Positions 8,015-17,355 of a stretch of DNA of 64,000 bases are shown piece after piece. The notes below the pieces were generated by a model that saw nothing but the letters and a program-made list of their open reading frames with translations, was not told where the DNA came from and did not search any database. The stretch covers positions 68,322 to 132,321 of the forward strand of contig MFER01000013.1 of the NCBI GenBank assembly GCA_001777655.1. The letters are read 5' to 3'. The translations under genes were made by a program, and so were the position numbers. Positions within the stretch are counted from its first letter, which is position 1. Each line of letters starts with the position of its first letter. This DNA comes from Candidatus Doudnabacteria bacterium RIFCSPHIGHO2_02_FULL_43_13b (GTDB taxonomy: Bacteria > Patescibacteriota > Doudnabacteria > UBA920 > O2-02-FULL-48-8).

Positions 8015-8315
8015 TGCGTACCCGACCCTATCCTCGTGGTAGGGCCGGGCAGGCAGCATGGGTCGCTGTGGTACATTTGCAAAAACTACCGGCAGTCAAA
8101 TTTAACTAAATTTGCTGCCTACGTGCTCGGTCGCTAAGGCGACCTGCGCAGGTTAGTTTTTGGCAAAGTACCTCGCTTCAGAGTAAAAAGTAAGTTCTTT
8201 ATAATATTAACTTCGCCTATTTCGTGGTCCCGCCTACGTGCAGGACGCAATACCCCGCGAACTAACACTTCGACGGGCAGGCAGGAGCCATAAAGTAAGC
8301 GAAGGATAGAAAGCA
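8015..8315 (+). ncRNA. Unassigned structured leader or ncRNA candidate with nested palindromes
   Basis: Long-range helix GGTAC..TTTGC.AAAAACTA / TAGTTTTT.GCAAAGTACC enclosing the hairpins GGCAG..AAATTTA/TAAATTT..CTGCC and GGTCGC-TAAG-GCGACC. Confidence 0.4.
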
Positions 8316-8322
8316 TTATTCA

Positions 8323-8862
8323 ATGACAAGCCGTTTTGTCTTGGTGGTGCTGACAGCAATTGTGATGGTAACTATATTCCCGCAAGCTGCATCAGCGCAT
8401 ATCAAAAACAAAACTCCACTCGTCTTTGAAATCAAAAGTATTCCAACAATTTCAGAACTAACTGGAAAAGCAGCGGTTGCGAAACCTTATGACCCTAAAA
8501 CTTACCAGATTCCTCCGAAAGTAACTGGCGACAATCGAATCTATATGCATGAGCCAGAAATTCGTGCTTATATCTGTCCAAAGATGGGCCAGAACGCTTG
8601 TAATATTTTTGTCGCTATCTTGAAAGCCGAAAACGGCACACATGAATGTACCAGAGACAATCGAGGATTAAATAAAAACGGATCAGTTGATGTAGGGTTA
8701 GCCCAGATCAATTGGAATCGAAATTATAACCCTCCTTATTCGATAGAACAGTTACAGGATTGCCAGTTCAATCTAGATATAGCGATAAAAAAATATGACG
8801 CCAGAGGATTCCAACCCTGGTATGCTTATACCAAAGGTGCCTACAAAAAATTCTTAAATTGA
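8323..8862 (+). CDS. Secreted lysozyme-like/SLT transglycosylase domain protein
   Basis: Signal peptide; AILKAENG, NGSVDVGLAQIN, NLDIA, GFQPW motifs. Confidence 0.8.
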   Translation: MTSRFVLVVLTAIVMVTIFPQAASAHIKNKTPLVFEIKSIPTISELTGKAAVAKPYDPKTYQIPPKVTGDNRIYMHEPEIRAYICPKMGQNACNIFVAILKAENGTHECTRDNRGLNKNGSVDVGLAQINWNRNYNPPYSIEQLQDCQFNLDIAIKKYDARGFQPWYAYTKGAYKKFLN

Positions 8863-8910
8863 GCACTATAAAATTATAAATAGACGAAATCCCGTCGAAT
8901 GACGGGATCT

Positions 8911-8938
8911 AAAAACCCCCACAAATGTGGGGGTTTTT
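8911..8938. terminator. Bidirectional rho-independent terminator
   Basis: AAAAACCCCCACA-AA-TGTGGGGGTTTTT between convergent units. Confidence 0.75.
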
Positions 8939-8954
8939 AGATCAATAATTTCTT

Positions 8955-9041
8955 TGGTGGGCGAGGAGGGATTCCAACCCTCAATCCCTTGCGGGCCCAA
9001 GATTTTAAGTCTTGTGCGTATAGCAGTTCCGCCACTCGCCC
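8955..9041 (-). tRNA. tRNA-Leu(TAA)
   Basis: CAAGA-CTTAAAA-TCTTG, long variable arm, CCA end. Confidence 0.92.
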
Positions 9042-9047
9042 AAATAT

Positions 9048-9121
9048 TGGAGGCGTCAACCGGAGTTGAACCGGTGTAAAAGGTTTTGCAGACCTCTGCC
9101 TAACCGCTCGGCCATGACGCC
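9048..9121 (-). tRNA. tRNA-Cys(GCA)
   Basis: GAGGT-CTGCAAA-ACCTT, U73 discriminator, CCA end. Confidence 0.95.
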
Positions 9122-9122
9122 A

Positions 9123-9368
9123 CTAGTCATTCTTGAAACGTTCTTTGAGTATTTCTTTTTGTTGATGAGCCTTGAGAAATCTTTCGCGTCTCACTGCTTC
9201 GCCTCTAGTATTATAACTCTCGGAGCCTAGCAACTTCCAGGGTGCATAAGCCTTTGTAGATCTAACTGACTTATTATTGTGCCTTGCAATTCTGCTGCTG
9301 ATATTCTCACAAGATCCTATATAGAGATCCCCGTTTACTTGGCTTTTAAGAAAATAAACATGGTACAT
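9123..9368 (-). CDS. Stand-alone GIY-YIG nuclease (81 aa)
   Basis: YHVYFLKS...LYIGS...RIARHN...STK...PW...EA..RE.FLK. Confidence 0.92.
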   Translation of the reverse strand: MYHVYFLKSQVNGDLYIGSCENISSRIARHNNKSVRSTKAYAPWKLLGSESYNTRGEAVRRERFLKAHQQKEILKERFKND

Positions 9369-9378
9369 AAAAAATAAA

Positions 9379-9449
9379 GAGTTTTGTCCCGCTACGCGGG
9401 ATCTCGCGAAGCGAGACAGACTCCAGCCTTACCCCTTGGCTACCAGGCC
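9379..9449 (-). pseudogene. tRNA-Cys 5'-half remnant with a 30-nt twin-hairpin insert in the anticodon
   Basis: GGCCTGGTAGCCAAGGGGTAAGGCTGGAGTCTG[30 nt]CAAAACTC; T arm and 3' acceptor strand absent. Confidence 0.8.
9387..9416. mobile_element. 30-nt twin-hairpin element (copy in tRNA-Cys remnant)
   Basis: Minus strand TCTCGC-TTC-GCGAGA + TCCCGC-GTA-GCGGGA. Confidence 0.75.
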
Positions 9450-9561
9450 ATAACTAGCATATTATAGTTTTTTTTTCGGAAATAATCTACACCAGACCAA
9501 TTGATCCTTAAGATCTAACAAAAATCCTAGAATTGATTAAGCATAAAAAAACTGCCTATTG

Positions 9562-10218
9562 CTAGGCAGTTTTTTGCTTTCTATTATCGGCCAATTCTCT
9601 TTCGATATACCCTATCTTTCCAGCAACAGCAGCCCATTTATGATCTCTCCTTAGTATGTCTTTTTCAATACCAGTTATGGCCTGGCGCAAATCCTTCCGT
9701 CTGGTTTCTGAAGTGCTTTCATCGTCGATCATGGATTTAAAATCTCGAATCCGTTGTCTCTCTGATTCTTGCACTTCCATAAATTTTTGGTGTTCAGCTC
9801 TGAGAATAGATAATTGATATTCCAATGCTCCCACCCGTTCTTGGAAAAAAGCTGACGAATAAGCGGCATCTGAACTTCGCCCCGGAGCATCTCTAAACGA
9901 ATAAGTAGAACCATCGGGTGATTGAAGTTCATAATCTATTTTCATATCAACCCAATCCGTATCTCCCTTTTGCTGATGTCTATAATCTATTACTGGAACG
10001 ACGGTTTGAGCAGATTCGATATTTTTTCTGTCATTGGCCAATAAAGGGTTTCTTTGGCGGCCCTCACCATAACTAGCTAAGATATCTTTCCTAAGCTCTG
10101 ACAGCAATGCCGCCTGAAACCTAGCCACCTGCTCTGTAGATTCTCGTCCCGATTCTTGCCCTTCAGGAGTAGCAATCCCCATCTCTTCCGGGGATGGACC
10201 TAATGTGTCTCTACCCAT
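9562..10218 (-). CDS. Hypothetical coiled-coil protein
   Basis: 218-aa ORF; no family recognised. Confidence 0.7.
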   Translation of the reverse strand: MGRDTLGPSPEEMGIATPEGQESGRESTEQVARFQAALLSELRKDILASYGEGRQRNPLLANDRKNIESAQTVVPVIDYRHQQKGDTDWVDMKIDYELQSPDGSTYSFRDAPGRSSDAAYSSAFFQERVGALEYQLSILRAEHQKFMEVQESERQRIRDFKSMIDDESTSETRRKDLRQAITGIEKDILRRDHKWAAVAGKIGYIERELADNRKQKTA

Positions 10219-10349
10219 ATTTTAATAGATTACTTATAATTTATGAGTTTAGTATATAACGACTAGGAAAAAAAACAAATATACGATGTTGATATACCAG
10301 GTTGACCTCTGAGTTAATTTTTAGTATCGTTTGGCTTGTAACAAATCCC

Positions 10350-11018
10350 ATGGATATAATAAAAGTCATTCGGTATTTTCATCTTAAAGCAAACTTTGAA
10401 AACCTTTCCTGGATAAATAAATTTTTCCTGATTATTTTTTTAGTTAGCTTGATTTTTAATCTTATCCCGCACGAAGCCCAAGCGGCATTTTTAATTGTCA
10501 AAGATTATAAACCGATCTTAGTGTTTGATAGTAGTAGTCTAGATTACACAGATTACCTGGTCCAAATCAGCCAAGAAGCCACAGATCGATACTACCAGTT
10601 GCAAATGCAACAACAAGCGCAAAAACAAGTCTTGTTAGCAGAAAAAATCCAGAATTATTTAGAGTCTTATAATTCCCCGCTGGCTGATTATGCCGCGGCC
10701 TTGATAACCATGCGAAACTGGAAAACCATCATCTCCCTGGCTAACGCCGAAAGCTCAATGTGCCGCAAATATCCAATTTCGACTGCTAATTGTTGGGGGG
10801 TGGGCGGGTCTAATCTTTGGGATATGGGTGATAACTTAGCCCAGGGTATTATTAGTATGAACCATTTTTTAAACAAATACCCGAAAGGTCCGGTCAAATA
10901 TTCACAAATGAGTTTTGAACAAATGAATGGGTTTTACAAGCAACCAGCCAGAGACCACTGGGTTTATAACAATCAAAAAATTTATGACGAGCTTGCAGCC
11001 ATCGAACAAAACCTGTAA
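10350..11018 (+). CDS. Membrane-anchored lysozyme-fold (glucosaminidase-like) protein
   Basis: TM segment then YLESYNSPL, ANAESS, NCWG motifs; start uncertain. Confidence 0.6.
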   Translation: MDIIKVIRYFHLKANFENLSWINKFFLIIFLVSLIFNLIPHEAQAAFLIVKDYKPILVFDSSSLDYTDYLVQISQEATDRYYQLQMQQQAQKQVLLAEKIQNYLESYNSPLADYAAALITMRNWKTIISLANAESSMCRKYPISTANCWGVGGSNLWDMGDNLAQGIISMNHFLNKYPKGPVKYSQMSFEQMNGFYKQPARDHWVYNNQKIYDELAAIEQNL

Positions 11019-11044
11019 AAAATCCCTCGAACGAGGGATTTTTT
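11018..11044. terminator. Bidirectional terminator
   Basis: AAAAATCCCTCG-AA-CGAGGGATTTTT between convergent genes. Confidence 0.75.
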
Positions 11045-11046
11045 AT

Positions 11047-12186
11047 TTATTCAGAAGTTGGTGTCACTGGTTGGGGTGGAAGAGCCACTACTGCTCGCAA
11101 GGACAAACCCAATCGGTGTTCCTGCGGCTCAATTGAAATGATTTTAAATTCTTTCACGTCGCCGACTTTGACAATCTCGGATGGATCAGAAACTTCTTCC
11201 GATGAAAGCTCTACCGAATGCACCAGGCCATAAATTTCTGGGTCCAGTTCGACAAATGCGCCAAACGGCATCAGCTTCGTCACTTTACCAAAAACGACCT
11301 GGCCGACTTGATATTTCTTGATTGATTCAAGCCACGGGTCAGCCTGCAACCGTTTGACAGACAGTGAGATTCGATCCCGATCTATAGAAATAATCTGGGC
11401 CTGAATCTTCTGGCCGACTTTATAAAGCTCTCGGGGATGATCAATTCGATTCCACGATAATTCGGAGATATGAACCAGCCCTTCCAAACCTTCCCCGAAT
11501 TTGATAAAGATGCCAAAATCAACAACACCGGTTACTTCCCCGTCAACGAGGTTGCCCAGTTGCAATTTGCCAATTTTTGCTCGCAACTCGTCTTCCCCGA
11601 CCGCCTTTTCTGAAACAATTAATTTTTCATCAGTTGAATCAGCTGTGATAATTTGGACATCAAAAACTTTCCCGATGTAGCTACGCAAAATTTCCAAAAT
11701 CTTATTCTTATCGCCCTCTTCAACCCGCGGGTAATGTTCCGAAGACAGCTGAGAAACTGGTAAAAACCCGACAACCCCGTTGATTTCAACCATCAGACCA
11801 CCTTTATTAGCTTCTAAAATTTTAGTCTTGATCGCTTCTTTGGTTTTTAGTTGCTCGTTGAGAGTTTGCCAAACCCGTTCTTGACCCGCGGCTCGAAACG
11901 ATAACTCCACATTACCATCCTTGTTTTCTGGTTCAAGCACAGAGGCCAAAACTTTATCGCCAACTTTTAGGGTAGCAATCCGAACCGCCTCATCATAAAG
12001 CTCACGGCCCCGGACTACCCCTAATCCAATCCCTTCAAGATCAACATAGACTTCGTTTTTACCGACTGACAACACTGTTCCTTCGAGCACATCACTAATT
12101 TTTGGAATTTTAATTTCCACTCCTTCTTGCGCTAGGAGCTCCTGCATGGTTTTGGGTTCCGCGATAGCGGTTGTATTCGTATTCAT
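11047..12186 (-). CDS. rpsA: 30S ribosomal protein S1 (four S1 domains)
   Basis: NKGGL..GFLPVSQ, FGIFI..EGLVHISELSW, FGAFVEL. Confidence 0.95.
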   Translation of the reverse strand: MNTNTTAIAEPKTMQELLAQEGVEIKIPKISDVLEGTVLSVGKNEVYVDLEGIGLGVVRGRELYDEAVRIATLKVGDKVLASVLEPENKDGNVELSFRAAGQERVWQTLNEQLKTKEAIKTKILEANKGGLMVEINGVVGFLPVSQLSSEHYPRVEEGDKNKILEILRSYIGKVFDVQIITADSTDEKLIVSEKAVGEDELRAKIGKLQLGNLVDGEVTGVVDFGIFIKFGEGLEGLVHISELSWNRIDHPRELYKVGQKIQAQIISIDRDRISLSVKRLQADPWLESIKKYQVGQVVFGKVTKLMPFGAFVELDPEIYGLVHSVELSSEEVSDPSEIVKVGDVKEFKIISIEPQEHRLGLSLRAVVALPPQPVTPTSE

Positions 12187-12251
12187 AACTTTAAGATTAT
12201 AGTTGAAATCGGGTTGAAAATCAAGCCCTTTTTTGGTAGAATATACAGGCT

Positions 12252-12881
12252 ATGACTATTTCCTGGTTTGGGCTTTCCAGCTTTAAAATCGTCGGACGCG
12301 ATCTCACCATCATCACTGACCCCTTTGGTAAACAAACCGGCTTGAGCGCGGTGCGGGGAGCAGCCGATGTGGTTGTTTCATCTAACCCCAAGTTAGACTG
12401 GTGTAACAATTTTTCCTCAATCCAAGGGTCGCCATTTATCATCACTGGTCCCGGCGAGTATGACATTAAAGGGGCTTTTATTATCGGCACGGCTGCTGAA
12501 AACAAAGAGTTAGGCGATTTGACAATTTATAGTATCGAAGTGGAAGGAATCCGCATCGCTTTCTTAGGCCCCATCAAACAAGGACAATTAACTGATGCCC
12601 AAAAAGCTATCTTTGAAGGCTCAGATTTGGTGTTAATACCAACCGGGGGTAAGCAAATCTTGGATTTTGAAAACGGCGCCAAAATCGCCACGCAACTGGA
12701 ACCTTATATTATCATCCCTCATAGCTATAAAACTTCGGGTCTGACATTAAATTTAGATAAACTGGACAAATTCTTGCAAGAGATGGGAAATAAATATGAA
12801 GAATCGGATAAACTGACTTTGAAAAAGAAAGACTTAAGCGGTGAACAAACCTCCCTGGTCGTACTTACTCCCCAACGATAA
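12252..12881 (+). CDS. MBL-fold metallo-hydrolase, metal ligands partly lost
   Basis: ISWFGLSSF, IITDPF, GPGEYDIKG, IIIPHSY. Confidence 0.8.
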   Translation: MTISWFGLSSFKIVGRDLTIITDPFGKQTGLSAVRGAADVVVSSNPKLDWCNNFSSIQGSPFIITGPGEYDIKGAFIIGTAAENKELGDLTIYSIEVEGIRIAFLGPIKQGQLTDAQKAIFEGSDLVLIPTGGKQILDFENGAKIATQLEPYIIIPHSYKTSGLTLNLDKLDKFLQEMGNKYEESDKLTLKKKDLSGEQTSLVVLTPQR

Positions 12882-13450
12882 TGGATATCAAAAAAAGCCT
12901 GGAAAACTTACAAGACAAACCGTTTGCGACCCGAGTCAAAATATTATGGCTGACTGTCGGGGTTGTTGCTATTGGACTTATTATTATTTTTATTTTCAAT
13001 TTAAAATCAACTGTTAGTAATCTAAGCGGGCAGGATTTGATTAATTTATCGAATCGTTCTTCACAAACTGATTCCGAACAGCTTGAAACTCAATTGATTC
13101 AGGTGGAACGGATTGAAAAAGCTAATAATTCCTTCAAAATTTATTTTAACGTCAACAACGAAAGCCAAAATATCCTTAATTTTCCAAAATCGGAAGATAT
13201 CACCCTAACGGTGGAAGATCGCTCTTACCACCCTCGGCAAATTTCCGACCGGCAAGGAGAACCTTTCGTGCAAAAAATTCTCTCCCGCACTCAAAATTTC
13301 GGGATTTTAATTTTTGATTCAATCAACGGCGACGAAGGAAAACTGATTTTGGATAATTTAACCTTTGAGGAATCAAGTGCGACAACCTTGAAACAAGAAC
13401 TTGATTTAGACTTTAAGCAATTATTAAATCCCGTCGAGGTAAGAAACTAA
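12881..13450 (+). CDS. Hypothetical single-TM protein
   Basis: 189-aa ORF with N-terminal TM, coupled to both neighbours. Confidence 0.7.
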   Translation: MDIKKSLENLQDKPFATRVKILWLTVGVVAIGLIIIFIFNLKSTVSNLSGQDLINLSNRSSQTDSEQLETQLIQVERIEKANNSFKIYFNVNNESQNILNFPKSEDITLTVEDRSYHPRQISDRQGEPFVQKILSRTQNFGILIFDSINGDEGKLILDNLTFEESSATTLKQELDLDFKQLLNPVEVRN

Positions 13451-13451
13451 C

Positions 13452-15914
13452 ATGGATATCGGTAAAGTCAATCCAAGATCAATTGAACGTGAGATGGAGG
13501 AGTCATATTTGGATTACGCGATGAGTGTGATCGTGGCTCGGGCCCTGCCGGATGTTCGAGATGGGTTAAAACCCGTCCACCGCCGAATTCTTTATGCCAT
13601 GTCAGAGCTCGGGCTTCGCTCCAACGTAAAATTTCGCAAATCAGCGGCTGTGGTCGGGGAAGTTTTAGCCAAATACCATCCCCATGGGGACGTCGCAGTT
13701 TATGATTCCATGGTCCGCATGGCCCAAGAATTCGCCATGCGTTATCCCTTAATTGACGGGCAAGGAAACTTCGGTTCCATGGACGGCGATGCCCCGGCGG
13801 CCATGCGTTATACGGAAGCGCGCATGATGGCTTTGGCCGAAGAAATTTTGGCCGACTTGGAAAAAGACACGGTGGATTGGATGGATAATTATGATGCCAC
13901 AAAAAAAGAACCGAAAGTGCTGCCGGCCAAAGCTCCCAACCTGCTGCTCAACGGCACTTTAGGCATCGCAGTCGGGATGGCCACTGATATCCCGCCTCAC
14001 AATTTAGGGGAAGTGGTGGATTCCGTGATTAAATTAATTGAAGAACCACAAACTACGACTGATGAACTAATGGAGTTTGTGAAGGGCCCGGATTTTCCAA
14101 CTGGCGGATTTATCTATGATTGGAATACAATCAAACAAGTTTACGCCACCGGCAAAGGCCCCATCGTCATGCGCGGCCGGACCGAGATTGTGGAAGAAAA
14201 AGGCGTCCATAAAATTCTGATTACGGAAATTCCCTATCGAGTCAATAAGGCAACTCTCTTAGAGCAGTTTGCCGAGCTGGTGAAAGATAAAAGAATCGAA
14301 GGGATTAAAGATCTAAGGGATGAGTCGGACAAAGACGGGGTGCGAATCGTGATTGATCTGAAAAAAGAAGGCTTACCGAACAAAATTTTAAATCAATTAT
14401 TTAAATACTCATCTTTGCAAGAAACCTTCCACGTCAACATGCTGGCCTTGGTAGATGGAATAGAACCGCAGGTTTTGAACTTAAAAAATATTTTAGAATA
14501 TTACATTAAACATCGGGCCGAGGTTATCAAGCGGCGCACTGCTTTTGATTTGAACAAAGCGAAAGACCGCGCTCACATTTTAGAAGGATTAAAAAAAGCC
14601 CTGGATCATATCGATGCAGTGATCCAAACAATTAAGAAATCTGATACCACGGAAGAGGCTCATGCAGCCCTGATAACAAAATTCAAATTGTCAGATAAGC
14701 AGTCAACCGCGATTCTGCAAATGCAGCTTCGCGCACTGGCGGGATTGGAGCGTAAAAAAATCGACGATGAATTGAAGGAAAAACGGAAATTGATTGAAGA
14801 ATTGGAAGATTTACTCAAAAGTGAAAAAAAGATTAAAACCGTGGTCAAAACCGAACTGTTGGAATTGAAAGATAAATATAACAATCCTCGCAAAACCACG
14901 TTAGTGAAACAACCGATTGGAGAATTTAAAGCAGAAGATTTAATCCCCGAGCAATCAACCATGGTAATCGTTACCAGGTCAGGATACGTCAAACGTCTGC
15001 CCCCAGATACTTATAAAACCCAGGGCCGCGGCGGCAAGGGGGTAATCGGCATGACTACCAAAGAAGAAGACGTGGTAGAATGGCTGTCGACGACCAATAC
15101 TCACGATGATATTTTATTCTTTACGAACAAAGGGCGGGTTTTCCAAACCAAAGTCTACGAATTACCAGAAGCTTCCCGCACCGCCCGCGGTCAGGCCTTG
15201 GTCAACTTCTTGGAACTGCCGACTGATGAAATGGTTTCGGCCATCTTAACTTTTTCCAAGAAAATCCCGGCCAAATTTCTGATCCTTTCGACCAAAAAAG
15301 GCTTGATTAAAAAAACCGTAATCGAGGAGTTCGCGAAAGTCAGGCGATCGGGTCTGATTGCTATAAAGCTCAAAACCGGTGACGAACTGCGCTACGTCAA
15401 ATATTCTACGGGCAACGACGATGTGATTTTGTCCACGGCAGGCGGGCAAGCGATTCGGTTTGATGAAAAAGACGTCAGATCCATGGGCCGCGCCACTGCC
15501 GGAGTGAAAGGTATGCGATTGAAATCCGCCAGAGGCGGATCCTCCTCCGGAGGAAAAGATGATTACCTGATGAGTATGGATTTGGTATCCAAGAAAAACA
15601 AACTGGAAAATTTGCAACTTTTGATCGTCACGGAAAATGGCTTAGGCAAAAAAACAGATTTGAAATTCTACAAACGGCAACATCGCGGAGGATCGGGTAT
15701 AAAAACTTTGAAAGTTAGCCCGAAAACAGGCAAGATTGTCTCCCTCCACGTAATTGATAAAACCGAGGAACACGATCTGATGGTTATTTCCAAACTCGGA
15801 CAAACTCTTAGGACCCCCATCGGCAAAATTTCAACGCTGGGCCGCGCCACCCAAGGCGTACGAATCATGACCTTGGATAATAAAGACAAAGTGGCTACAA
15901 CCACAATAATTTAG
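13452..15914 (+). CDS. gyrA: DNA gyrase subunit A
   Basis: [29 protein letters not shown], GyrA box QGRGGKG. Confidence 0.98.
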   Translation: MDIGKVNPRSIEREMEESYLDYAMSVIVARALPDVRDGLKPVHRRILYAMSELGLRSNVKFRKSAAVVGEVLAKYHPHGDVAVYDSMVRMAQEFAMRYPLIDGQGNFGSMDGDAPAAMRYTEARMMALAEEILADLEKDTVDWMDNYDATKKEPKVLPAKAPNLLLNGTLGIAVGMATDIPPHNLGEVVDSVIKLIEEPQTTTDELMEFVKGPDFPTGGFIYDWNTIKQVYATGKGPIVMRGRTEIVEEKGVHKILITEIPYRVNKATLLEQFAELVKDKRIEGIKDLRDESDKDGVRIVIDLKKEGLPNKILNQLFKYSSLQETFHVNMLALVDGIEPQVLNLKNILEYYIKHRAEVIKRRTAFDLNKAKDRAHILEGLKKALDHIDAVIQTIKKSDTTEEAHAALITKFKLSDKQSTAILQMQLRALAGLERKKIDDELKEKRKLIEELEDLLKSEKKIKTVVKTELLELKDKYNNPRKTTLVKQPIGEFKAEDLIPEQSTMVIVTRSGYVKRLPPDTYKTQGRGGKGVIGMTTKEEDVVEWLSTTNTHDDILFFTNKGRVFQTKVYELPEASRTARGQALVNFLELPTDEMVSAILTFSKKIPAKFLILSTKKGLIKKTVIEEFAKVRRSGLIAIKLKTGDELRYVKYSTGNDDVILSTAGGQAIRFDEKDVRSMGRATAGVKGMRLKSARGGSSSGGKDDYLMSMDLVSKKNKLENLQLLIVTENGLGKKTDLKFYKRQHRGGSGIKTLKVSPKTGKIVSLHVIDKTEEHDLMVISKLGQTLRTPIGKISTLGRATQGVRIMTLDNKDKVATTTII
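15525..15554. mobile_element. 30-nt twin-hairpin element in frame in gyrA ([10 protein letters not shown])
   Basis: TCCGCC-AGA-GGCGGA + TCCTCC-TCC-GGAGGA; removal gives MRLKKDDY. Confidence 0.8.
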
Positions 15915-15994
15915 AATTTACAATTTTGATTGAATTTTCGAAATTTGAATATTTAATATTCATTCGAAATTCATAACTCAAAATTAAAAATTCA
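15909..15994. repeat. Degenerate inverted heptamer array, intergenic
   Basis: AATTTAG AATTTAC AATTTTG ... CGAAATT CATAACT CAAAATT AAAAATT. Confidence 0.6.
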
Positions 15995-15999
15995 CTTTC

Positions 16000-16662
16000 A
16001 TGCTCTACGTAGTGGCTACCCCCATCGGCAATTTACAAGACATAACCTTTCGCGCCCTGGAAGTCCTCAAGACTTCCGATTTCGTAATTGCGGAAAATCC
16101 CAAAAACAGCGGCTTGCTTTTGAAACATTTTCAAATTGACAAGCCCTTCAAACAATTTGCCGAACATAATGAGCAAAAAGCTCTCCCACCCTTAATCCTA
16201 CAACTTAAATCCCAAAACGGCGCCCTCATTACCGATGCCGGGACGCCAGGCATCTCAGACCCCGGTTTCAGGCTCGTCCGGGCCTGTGTGGAAGCGGGGA
16301 TTAAAGTTGTTCCGATTCCAGGAGCAAATGCGGCCATCAGTGCATTATCAGTTTCGGGGTTGCCTACGGATCGCTTTCTTTTTATTGGTTTTGCTCCTCG
16401 CACAGAAAACAAACTAATCAAAACAGTCTTACTGGGTAAAGACACGGAAAGCACAGTCATTTTCTACGAATCACCCTTTCGGATTGTCAAATCTTTAGAA
16501 TTTATCCAAAAACATTTCCCAGACTGTCATGTGGTCGTGGCCCGCGAAATCACGAAAGTCTACGAAGAATTCCTGCGAGGGGCGCCCTCGGAGATTCTGC
16601 CCAAGCTCACAAAAGAAAATACAAAAGGGGAATTTACAGTCCTTATATCTTTCAAAAAATAG
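16000..16662 (+). CDS. rsmI: 16S rRNA (C1402) 2'-O-methyltransferase
   Basis: LYVVATPIGNL.DIT.RA, DAGTPGISDPG, FYESP.R, AREITK, KGEF. Confidence 0.97.
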   Translation: MLYVVATPIGNLQDITFRALEVLKTSDFVIAENPKNSGLLLKHFQIDKPFKQFAEHNEQKALPPLILQLKSQNGALITDAGTPGISDPGFRLVRACVEAGIKVVPIPGANAAISALSVSGLPTDRFLFIGFAPRTENKLIKTVLLGKDTESTVIFYESPFRIVKSLEFIQKHFPDCHVVVAREITKVYEEFLRGAPSEILPKLTKENTKGEFTVLISFKK

Positions 16663-16702
16663 ATGTACTCTAATCTGACCGATCGGTCAATGGTGAGTAC
16701 AT
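16663..16702. repeat. Palindrome with TGACCGATCGGTCA core
   Basis: ATGTACTC..TGACCGATCGGTCA..GAGTACAT; related at 59198-59236 and, more weakly, 41304-41323. Confidence 0.6.
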
Positions 16703-16885
16703 GGCTATTTAATCATTCCCCACGAAAACGGATCTATTTTATCAAAAAGGAAAGACCAAGCCGAATTGCTCTTCCAAAATTTTCAAAGCTTGAAAACTTA
16801 GGAAGGGGCACAAACTGAATTGCTCTATTTGTGCTCTTGGGTCGTATCGCTTTGGGGCGACAATCAAACGGCAAAAAAGCCATCA

Positions 16886-16939
16886 CTGACCAAGGAAAAC
16901 ACCAAAGGTGAGTTTACGGTTCTAGTCTCGTTTAAATAA
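16886..16939 (+). pseudogene. Second, synonymously diverged copy of the rsmI 3' end
   Basis: Encodes LTKENTKGEFTVLVSFK* versus LTKENTKGEFTVLISFKK* at 16606-16662. Confidence 0.85.
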
Positions 16940-17007
16940 TTTGACAAGTTAATTTAGTGGGAGCATAATAAACACATAAGGCGGCCAAGGGCCGTTTTTA
17001 TATTTTT

Positions 17008-17334
17008 ATGAAAATAATTATTAGCAAAGAAATGGGAAAATTTATCTATTCTCTTGAGAAGCAAACAATTGCCAAAGTTTTACGCACTCTAGATTTATTA
17101 GAAGAATTTGGTTACAAACTGCCAATGCCTCACAGCAAAAAGGTTTCGCGGAACATATTCGAACTCAGAACACGAGGACAACAGGAAATTCGAATATTCT
17201 ATTGCTTTTATCAAAGTAGAATTTATTTAATCTCGGGATTTGTTAAGAAGTCGCAAAGAATACCTCGTAAAGAATTAGAAAATGCAGAAAATAAATATAA
17301 AACTTTGGTTATTAATACTCTTGACAAGATATAA
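17008..17334 (+). CDS. RelE/HigB-type toxin (Gp49-like)
   Basis: LPMPHSKK...IFELR...RIFY...GFVKKSQRIP..EL. Confidence 0.88.
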   Translation: MKIIISKEMGKFIYSLEKQTIAKVLRTLDLLEEFGYKLPMPHSKKVSRNIFELRTRGQQEIRIFYCFYQSRIYLISGFVKKSQRIPRKELENAENKYKTLVINTLDKI

Positions 17335-17348
17335 CTTATAAGTTATAT
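17329..17348. promoter_or_regulatory. Perfect palindromic operator overlapping an internal antitoxin promoter
   Basis: ATATAACTTATAAGTTATAT just after TTGACA. Confidence 0.6.
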
Positions 17349-17355
17349 TATATTC

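Noticed and set aside
8021-8066. SRP RNA (AGG-GCC-loop-GGC-AGCA resembles helix 8)
   Set aside because: The loop has 5 nt rather than GNRA and the flanking helix does not pair as in SRP; kept only as unassigned structure
8075-8290. tmRNA or c-di-AMP riboswitch
   Set aside because: No tRNA-like ends or convincing tag frame, and the ydaO consensus blocks could not be matched
16663-16818. 51-aa ORF after rsmI
   Set aside because: It starts inside a palindrome, has no recognisable motif and has no independent support
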